Assembly: GCA_965212015.1 (NCBI GenBank)
Contig: OZ243037.1
Span: forward strand, 352,001-416,000
DNA from: Cenarchaeum sp.
Lineage (GTDB): Archaea; Thermoproteota; Nitrososphaeria; Nitrososphaerales; Nitrosopumilaceae
Length of the DNA: 64,000 nucleotides
Direction of reading: 5' to 3'
A program made the position numbers and the translations under genes. Below the pieces are notes generated by a model, which saw only the letters and a list, made by a program, of their open reading frames with translations, made no database searches and was not told the DNA's origin. Below, one piece after another: positions 52,601 through 60,300 of this stretch. The number at the start of each line of letters is the position of its first letter. Within the stretch, counting starts at the first letter, position 1.

Positions 52601-52802
52601 TTATATCAAAGGGGGTACTGAGCGTGAATCGGGTAACTGCGCCAGGTCCTGCAACATACATTGTCATGCCGTCGTGGGACATTGCTATTCCCACGGGCTG
52701 CACGGCAGGCAGTATGGGGACGGCAGACTGCGCATATGCCGAGACGGGGATCAAAACCAACAGTGGCAATAGGAAGGCTGCTGCCAGCATGCTCTTTTGC
52801 AT
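46620..52802 (-). CDS. Giant secreted/surface protein, paralog 3 (2060 aa)
   Basis: Signal peptide MQKSMLAAAFLLPLL..SAYA|Q; N-terminal propeller, Ig-like modules, shared C-terminal domain. Confidence 0.88.
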   Translation of the reverse strand: MQKSMLAAAFLLPLLVLIPVSAYAQSAVPILPAVQPVGIAMSHDGMTMYVAGPGAVTRFTLSTPFDITSVGDGTMQSFLTRTDNVQGVTISNDTTRMFLASNGGTENNVVQIPIGADRAISTPSSSPDCCGGGNLDVAISRNGDWLFLGRSGQVDSFQLGTPFDISGTVTPRTTHDTSETADGLAISNDGMRLFTFSGNAVRQYDLDTAFTLVDSVTQSADDTFLAPSIAGSAVTARGMDFSNDGMVMYLLDTNGGDRVIQYPLTAAFTLPTIATITANSAGNLANGTSTAQPAIRFTVTFNEDVMGFEEKDITLTGTANNNNPQIIPGSFTPDPDDASLYTFQVAVGSSIGTVTVSIGANAAKSTSDSTGSSKVIPFAVAFTSLDTRPPIVTISSTDVPDGGTAQDVVNFTATFNRPVMDGTFTANDITAVGDGATHTVTNVERMSDLMYTFQVDHSGEDQNINVSIAAGMFADLEGTTNPVPSNTYTYDFAILPTVVSITASDGSGNLANGTSADTDTISFTATFSEPVSGLLATEITVESTAPDAGTHKASNLSPDTGSATVFTFDVARNNTGGTINVSIPDGAAADIDDNGNTASAVFTATFDVPEPDPPSLDYFQLPSIPDTYTASVDVEFSGDGMRLFVLQSAGSDNILQYDLGTAFDISTRASSPSIEYAVGGLDSQPSGIEFSDNGMKLFVIGTSADRIHELLLTSAYQLVGQASATDSSIDAFPDMPPNLPDTLPTGLEFSRDGTRMYVTGTGADRIYGYTLGTGFDLSSISQPVATSPQLSDDNPTGSAVNDDGSILYVMGAQNIGGTRNLYAYSMNPAYDASSLVLISGPQPLFHSILIQPTEIEFTSDFMTLHVTGNDPSGRIYRFVENTAPPVLGALSIEVAEDEDVSIQIPGSDVDGAALEYRITDNPSWLTINSTGHLSGTVPQDNTGLYRAEDTPARCSTDGSVSFTVMASDDGFDSDGTDNTARTYTVDIMNNERSPNAPPMAIIMPVLVATNARELDLAMHTSDADTADTLTYSNIRSDVNAAIVASSLQITPEGLATFMTTGAGGVANISYDVCDGSILETLMVSTQSAPPALEIIPDQSINEGQTLDSLDLYIISHTESPLFNVTEITIAGDLVPIFASNGSLTTEEFDMLMPGDPDLNGTAPGGGSLTAGDQRAWQISSTEALNFMDNADQIDARFLELFQQEADGVPPDEQIDPFEIIHTIPVDFVDANLERSPPVRIDYTFVLEDGTSHQAIFDLVVNRTDAAPISSLPAQYVFNPSDPDMVIDLADHFTDPEGDTITYNMTSDSLSESVVITLDANVLTINPESPGLTLLTLCAESDGGGGSVPNGSTCDGIAVFVRGADTIQSRIFQESSITVRHTDTAATIVLNGNNTIIDPTVLFDHIIITANDAAATGSIRINSTGTIHVLDLRLPDRAIIDKTLTLSNNSGTISYNPSSDAASPVDTITFNAVLYNPAVQDTRTAPRDNSTVTSQIVPRLHDTLTVNYEFVTDDLSPVKLVSNGMPFGPRHASDYFALAVHDLFEDPDNSRPGPLDVTIAGQSNTGLTAVVGDDPDAEFSGSILGNFVVIRPPGPNHNGQTNFNFIVDDGTSTPLETSILFRFETDDSGTVPVDFPQSPISRFFLDRDFEPFVIDFEDLIAGGNATFVEAISITNLRLPDDSSIGVSEFNATHHRVTGTSNFESETMMLDVVRQDDASVTLFENYRVAFSTDSPPPQASSGGGDDDTQWKTKPTFGKSYTTGQKIVDCGYSMDNVCRDVTDYHVDYKRNTIETDSLHDFALKAYAQNGLRSFNIGFGLPGVGSPLNAAEAQINVNLIRDYSINSTYRIDSVEYSNENRVIGEDATFEISRVQCLPADNNELCVRLSIDGVLFRETLYDEPFAINALDSKRRGTTHYMNEGLLVFGDSLNAPPTHELSERHSNQGDAVKLHLTRTDKLADVWTDQLGHQWTKNAFGTWSYVEGPKIVVSPICDDPDKRVCNAFAQKLAAYNVQMENLRDSLYDKAYTMPAFDDLHETVTIYDIDGDSRERFLADNDLLWLLE

Positions 52803-52839
52803 ATGTCACCCCAACCCCCCGATTACTTATAAAAGTATA
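52803..52839 (-). promoter_or_regulatory. Promoter of paralog 3: TATA box plus interrupted G6-TT-G4 tract
   Basis: Coding strand TATACTTTTATAAGTAATC-GGGGGGTTGGGG-TGACAT-ATG. Confidence 0.78.
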
Positions 52840-53283
52840 AAGCAGTAGGGCGTTGTCCAGTAATTTCACTTTCTGACACTCCACACGGCGCATTATGAGG
52901 CATCAGAGCTAACCCGATTCCGGTTCGAAGGACATACTGGCAGCAGATCCGTGCAAATGGGCCTGCCAATCCGGCATATCACGAATGCCACAGGCCAGAG
53001 ACGTGCTATCTTGAAATCTGTTCGCCTTTTACCGGACATCGTACATCTCTTCTGACTTGCCGTCAATAACCGTTGCCCCTTGGGAGGGGGCATCTTGCGC
53101 TTAAATGCCCGGGCCGGCGCCGAGTATTAGCGAAACTCGCAACAATTCTGCATGACTTGTGTACAACCACACGTCTCAAAGTTACAAAACACGGCAAAAT
53201 ACGATCCGTAACACACAAAAAATATACAATTTCACAAAATCATGCGCAGAAATACAGCGCTTCGTGCTCCCTGCGTTATGTGA

Positions 53284-54463
53284 TCAAAAACCGTACTTGA
53301 GGCATTCCCGCCGTTCATCCCACAACAGATCAAAGTTTGCAAGACCCGTCACTATTAGTAAATCCCTGTACAACGCTTCGTCTGTTCCGACATACAGCTT
53401 TGCCAGTATTTTATACTGCTTTTGCCGGCATATGGCGTGCTCTACTTTTATTCCAATATTGCAAATCTTTCCGTTTTCATCCTTTTGTACGTCGTCCAGC
53501 TCGGCATTTTTCGGTTTCTTGGTGGGTTTTTGGATGTTGGCACCGGGTAGATCTTCCTCGATGGCCTGATATCCCTTGTCCACGTATGCCGTAACCTCGT
53601 CCTTTTTTAGAATATTTTCATCATTCATGCTCTTGCTTAGCGGCCCCAGATCAATCTCGTTGTCGCAGAACATGTCAAGATCCTGCATCGATTCAGGCAC
53701 CGGTTTTCCTGCTGCGATAACCAGCTTGTCGCAGTTGGCCACTATGGTGGTGTTTATAGCGTGCTTTTTTTTCCTGCCGGCATAGTCTTTGCTTGCAACA
53801 GGATCAGACGGCCGCTCTATGGCTATGTACGTGCCGTCGATGTATATCTCACCTCCGTTGTTGTCCGGAACCAGATATTTTATCTTCCCTATATTTTTTG
53901 CATTCTGTATCTCTTTGGAGATATTTTCTGCAGGCAGAATCGCCAACAGAATTACCTTGGCAAACTCGAGATATCGTGCTTTGATCCACGTCGAATATGG
54001 AGTTGAATCCGTCCTGGGTTGTGCCGAGCCTTTCGCTCATCAGTGCCAGTAATAGTACGTGCCGAATGTGCAGCTTGCACCTGTTTCCGCGGCGGATCTT
54101 GTCGCTTGAAAACAGCTGGGCGTCCGGATATTTCTTTATCGCATCCGTGAATATTTTTAGAATGTAATCGAACTGTTTGCAGGTCTTTTTTGTCGCCTTG
54201 AGCAGCCTTTTTTTATCGTTGATAATTCCATCAAACGTCTCATAGGCGTGCATGAATTGGGATTTTCCTGGCTTTTTACGCCTGTCTGTGTTCTCGTAAG
54301 CGTACCACCGTCGGTCTTTACTGTCCAGTTTGTTCTCGAGTACCGTGATTTTTTGGTCTTTTTCTTTGATTAACCGGTCTTTTCTCACGAGTGCATTGTA
54401 TTTTTCCTTGATTAATGCTGTAATTCGTGCATTGTCTTGTTCTTGTAGCCAGACACCAGGCAA
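53284..54463 (-). mobile_element. IS5-family (ISL2-like; HTH plus DDE_Tnp_4) transposase, frameshifted into two ORFs
   Basis: N-terminal ORF RGNRCKL...IFDVDQSTISR; C-terminal ORF YIDGT..IERP, YAGRKKKH, QDL, YVDKGYQ, IKVEHAI; frame break near 53965. Confidence 0.85.
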
Positions 54464-54537
54464 ATGCGGCGATCATGCCTGATCTAAACCTGTTGGTTGA
54501 AAATAATTGTGGGCATTGTCAATACGCATGAGCCCTA

Positions 54538-57385
54538 CTAGGGATCCTGCATGCCGTGAAGAACCAAAAAGGCCTCGCGTGAGTCGCCGTCGGCATTATG
54601 GATGCTGACTGTCGTTTCCAGGTCGTCAAAGGCCGGAACGGTATAGATGCCGCCGTAATAGAAATCACGCAGCTCCTCCATCTGAATAATGTGCGCGTCG
54701 CGCTTTTGGGCAAAGGCATCACACGCACGATTGTCCTCGTCGGTACACGCACTCGACATGTCGACTGGCGGCGCATCCACGTACGACCACGTGCCAAACG
54801 CGTTCTTTGTCCACTGGTGTCCCAGCTGGTCGGTCCACACGTCTGCAAGCTTGTCGGTCCGAGTCAGGTGCAGCTTTACTGCGTCGCCCTGGTTTGAGTG
54901 CCTCTCGCTGAGCTCGTGCGTGGGGGGCGCGTTTAGCGAGTCACCATACACCAGCAGCCCCTCGTTCATATAGTGGGTGGTGCCGCGCCTCTTTGAATCC
55001 AGCGCGTTTATTGCAAACGGCTCGTCGTACAGCGTCTCGCGGAACAGTACGCCATCTATGCTCAGCCGCACGCACAGCTCGTTTTTGTCTGTAGGCAGGC
55101 ACTGTACGCGCGATATCTCAAAGGTGGCGTCCTCGCCTATCACGCGATTCTCGTTTGAATATTCCACAGAGTCTATCATGTACGTGGAGTTTATGGAATA
55201 GTCACGTATCAGGTTTACGTTAATCTGCGCCTCTGCAGCATTCAGGGGCGAGCCTATTCCGGGCAGGCCAAAGCCGATGTTAAACGAGCGCAGGCCGTTT
55301 TGTGCGTACGCCGTTAGCGTAAAGTCGTGAAGCGAGTCAGTCTCTATGGTATTGCGTTTGTAATCGACGTGATAGTCAGTTACGTCGCGGCAGACATTGT
55401 CCATGGAATAGCCGCAGTCCACTATTTTTTGGCCAGTCGTGTACGACTTGCCAAACGTCGGCTTTGTCTTCCACTGCGTGTCGTCATCGCCGCCTCCCGA
55501 AGAGACCTGCTGCTGGGCAGTCTCAGGCGCATCGGCAAACTCGAACCTGTATGACGTAAACACATTCGCATTAACAGGGTCTTCTACAAACCCTACATCA
55601 AACGTTATTATTTCAGATCCAATAAGGTCATTCGTGCCGGGGGCTATTTGGTAATGGGTGGCATTGTGCATGGTTGCAGTGATGTGAGAGTTATCCGTGA
55701 CGCCATTACCGTCCTCTGGCAGCTGAACGTTACTGATCATAACATTCTCCGCAAAGGCGGCATCCCCCCTGACGACCTGATCTGCAAGGTTTATGAGGAA
55801 CGGCTCAAATCCGGGTGGCAAAAAGAACCTGCCTACCGGGGATTGTGGAAATCCCACCGGTACGGTTCCGGCAGGATCCGACTCGAATCGGAATAACAGT
55901 TGTTCGGGTTGGGGCGGATTTACCCCGTCATCCAGGGCAAAGGTAAACAGGGTCTGGCAGTTACAGTTGGGACCGGGGGGCGTTACGATGAGACGATCGC
56001 CCACTATACTGGCGGTTAACGCCTGGTTGCTCTGGCCCATTATGGTAACATCAAGGTGGGGCCTGCTGTTGTCAACATCCACAAACAGGTCATCCAGTGG
56101 GATGGCAAACCGGTCAGAGGTGTGGCGCGGTCCAAAAGCCAGGTCCCCTTGCAGTAGCCCGGGTGCCGCGTCAGTGTTAACGGTGACAATTATGTAATTG
56201 ACCGTCAGGCTGTCATGGAACAGCGCAATGACCTCTTCTGTAACAATCCTCTCTTCTGTGCCAACCCCTGCGGCCTGGACTACTGCCGGACCGTGCAGGA
56301 CTGCAGTGAACGTTACAGAATCCGAGGTGGATGTAAAGTCGGATGTCGGATCATACGATATGGACCCAGAGCCGTTGGATGGGAATATTCTAGTGTGGAT
56401 TGTGGTCCCGTTCGAGGCCAGCTCGGGAACAAGGGTGGCGCGATCGGTCTGGTTGATTCGAATCTCCCCCGTTGCAGACGCATTGTTGGCAGTTATTATA
56501 ATGTGGTTAAACGCCACCGTCGGGTCTATGGCAAAGTCGTTCCAGTTCAGGACGACATCCGCATCCAAAAGGCCATGGTTTACATTAACTGAGGAGTCCT
56601 GGAATATGCCGGACTCGGTCGTCGGTATGCCCAGCACTAAAACCGTAATAGCCTCACAGGTGGCAGCTGTTGCTATGCCCGGTGCCATGCTTTCGGCGCA
56701 CAGCCTAGCTACCACTATGCCTGGCGATACCGGATCTATGATCAATATGTTTGATGATGACAAAATGGACAAATCTACGATTCCGGGATCCGGGTTGGTC
56801 ACATTATACATAATGTCATCGCCATCCGGATCCTCAAAAAACTGGTCCAAGAATACAAGCGTGTTCGCATCCCGGGGACCAACTACATATTCTGCCGGCA
56901 GGGTGGAATTGGCGGCCACATCGGTCTTGTTTACAGTTATATCAAATCCGCCAAAAAACATGCTTCCGTCCTCTAAGGCAAACGTATAGGTTATCGGGAT
57001 GGGCGGCGACTGTATGCCGGTGGTCACAAATGTGTCGGATATCGTGTGTCTTGTTCTTTCGTCCGTTTCTTCGTCTATCGTCTGGCTGACTATCTGAAAT
57101 CCATCTATGAATATTATACCTGTGGTGTCGTTAAACTGCAGAGGGTCGGCGCCACTCGCTACAAGTTCTTGTATCGACTGTAGATCCAGTTTTTCCAGGT
57201 CTACCACCCTAGAAAAATTAATTACACTTAGCGGTATTCCCAGCTCGCCGGTTACCACCGGAATAGTGTCCCTGTCGATGGGGGATTCGGTATGGGAGAG
57301 GATATACAATGGCAGGGAATTCAGCGTCTGTCCCTCGTTTATCGACTGGTCAGTGATGCCACTGATCACAGCGGTAGTACTAGTC
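54538..57385. repeat. ~2.85-kb near-identical direct repeat, copy B (3' part of paralog 4)
   Basis: Matches 40131-42978. Confidence 0.9.
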
Positions 57386-60300
57386 ATCACTTGCAAAGAC
57401 GAGATGACAGAGCCGTCACACACGATATAATCGATGGTGGCCGTACCGGTGTTGCCAGTCGACATAAAGGTCGCAAGGCCCGTATCGGAATCAATCGCAA
57501 GGGAGCCCGGAGTGATGGTGTTGCCTGCCAGGCCCGTAAAGGAATACGTCAGGATGTCCCCGGCATCGGTATCACTGGTATACAGGGAGAGATCCAGCTG
57601 TGTGGAAGTTGAGACAAGCGGAATGTTCATGTTGTTCACGTTCACGGGAGCGTTGTTGGGCGACCTCTCATTGCCGAATACACCAACGGTATAGTCGCGC
57701 GAGACATCATCGGTATCATCGCCATCAAAGCCGTCATCAGATACCGTAACTGTAAACGATACAGAGCCGGTAGCGGCGCACCTTGCTGGTGTGTCCTCGG
57801 CCCTATAGAGGCCCGTGTTGTCCTGCGGGACAATACCGGAGAGCTGTCCCGTGTCGGAATCTATGCTCAGCCAGTCCGGATGGTTCGAGAGGCTGTATTC
57901 CAGTGTGTCACCGTCGAGATCGGATCCCGGAATCTGATTGGAGAGATTCTCGTCCTCTGTAAATCCAAAGTTCAGGTCCCCAAGGACGGGTTCCGCGTTT
58001 AGCGTGAATTCGTGTACGGTGTTGCTGGGGTCGTTTCTTACAAAGGACATTGTTGTAAAGTCAGTCGAGAACGCAAGGCCCTGTGCCGAATTGGCCGTCC
58101 CCAGCGGCTGCGTGGCCTCTAGGGACAGGGTACTCACGTCATATGCCACACCGAACGTATACGCATAGAGGTCTCTGGCAGTAAGGACGTACATTACCGT
58201 GCCGTCGTCGTTGACTGCAAGCGACCTCTGGAATGCTTGAATTATCGGGGACGTGACAAAGTCGTTTGCATCACCGGATGATACGTCAAAGGCGACGTCG
58301 AGCGAAAAGCCATATATGCGGCCGCCGCCGCTGGCGCTGTCTATCACGTACAGGTGGGTGCCGTCGCGCGAGAATTCCATTCCCTGCGCGCCGGTAGTGG
58401 CAGCCGAGATGTCCAGGTCGTCGTTCAGATAGGTGGGATTTGAAATGTCAAAGGCGCCGGACAGATCGTACTCTAGTATTTCATTAGCTGTGGTGCCCAG
58501 CACGAACATCTTTTGGCCGTTAGTCGAGAACTCTAGTGCACGGGGCGAGGTGTCCTGGGTTACCGAATATATCGGCGGACCTATGTTGCTCGTCGCCGTG
58601 GATGAGTTAAAGTTTGTAGAAAGCGCATACCGGTGTATCTGGTCGCCGCCGTCATTTATTATAAATATCGCATCGCCGCTGCCTGAGAAATCAATGTCTG
58701 CGGAGAAGGCGAACGCTGTTGTTATGGAGGAGCTCGAGGTATAGTCGAGCATGACATTCAGCGACAGATCAATTGAATAGGCATTCGATGCCTCGTTGCT
58801 TCCCACCGCGTTTGCCGGTATTGACACCGTTATGGTGGCATCGTCTGCCCCGCGCAGCACGTCAAAGGCGTACTCGGCACCGGAGCCGGTAAGGTTTGAC
58901 GGCACGTGGGTGCCGGCAGACAGGGCGGTGCCGTTAGGTGCAACGCTAGATATTGTAATGTCACTCAGCTCAAATCCGGTCACCGAACGGCCAAATTCGA
59001 CGTTAAACGATGCAATGCCGTCAGCAGCAGTCGCCCCCGGCGGATTGCTGTCGATTTCCGTCGTAAACGAGCTAGTGGCGACGGAATACCTAAAGATGTC
59101 GACTGTTGTGCTTTCTACTGCAAACAGGTGCAGGCCGTTATCAGCAACTGCCATGCTGCGGGGACCCACGATGGGAAGCGTTTGGAAGATGCCGCTGTAC
59201 GATATGGAGGAGGAGTCCACGGCATACTCGTGCAACACACTGTCAGCTCCTACGACAAGCATGGCCGTACTGTTGTAAAATGCCACGTCCTGCGGCGTGG
59301 CCGGATTACTGCCCAAATTAAGGGATCTGTCGTATGTCACATCAGAGATTGAAAAGGGGATTGCCAGCGTGTGCTCGTGGACCCGGCTGTTGGCAGGGGT
59401 CAAGCCCTCCACTATAAACAGCTTTGTGCCATCAGATGAAATGGTGAATCCGTTGGGGCCGCCCGCCAGATTGGTCGGCGTGAGCGTGTTTACCTGCGTG
59501 CGCGGATCCAGGACATATGGCGCATCCAGGGCAAATTCATAGAGCTCGCCGGAAAATTCATTCATTAGAATCATGGTGCGCCCGTCGTTTGAGAACTCTA
59601 GATCCGTTGCGGAAAGACTCCGCGGTACCGAAGACTCAAAGTCACGTGTGATGTCGCTGTTGGTGTCAGATGTCGTGTTTGCAAAGTCAAACGGCGTGAT
59701 TGTCGTGTACCGGGTAATGTCGCTGTCGCCACTTTCCAGGACGAACATGTGCAGCCCGTCGTTTGAGAATTGTATGCCGGCAGGCTGGTCACCAAACAGC
59801 CTATCAAAGGTGTCATCAGCTACGAGCTCGCCTGCGACAAAGGGCGTTATGGAATTCACCACGCGGAGTATTATTGGCTCGATGTCAGAGCCGCCGGTAT
59901 TTGTGGCGGTGACGTTAAAGGAGAACGTGCCTGCGGTATCCGGCGTCCAGCTGAATGCGCCGCCGGGCGTTATCGCGGCATCTTCCAGCGCACCGCCGGG
60001 CGCAAAGTCCGCCGGCACACCATCAAGTGTGAATCCAGCCGCCGGCCTGCCCGCTACCTGCCCGAACTGCAGGCTGATCCCCTCGTTTATCACGTACTGT
60101 GGCTGTATTATCGGCAGTACGATTATGGGCGGAACGAGTTTTCGCGTGAATTCGATTATGGTGTTGGTGGCACCATCTCCTACAACGTACATTCTTTCAC
60201 GGTCAGGCGAGAACACAAATCCCTGTGCAGGTTGGGTTATGCCCAGCGGCTGCGTGGCCTCTAGGGACAGGGTACTCACGTCATATGCCACACCGAACGT

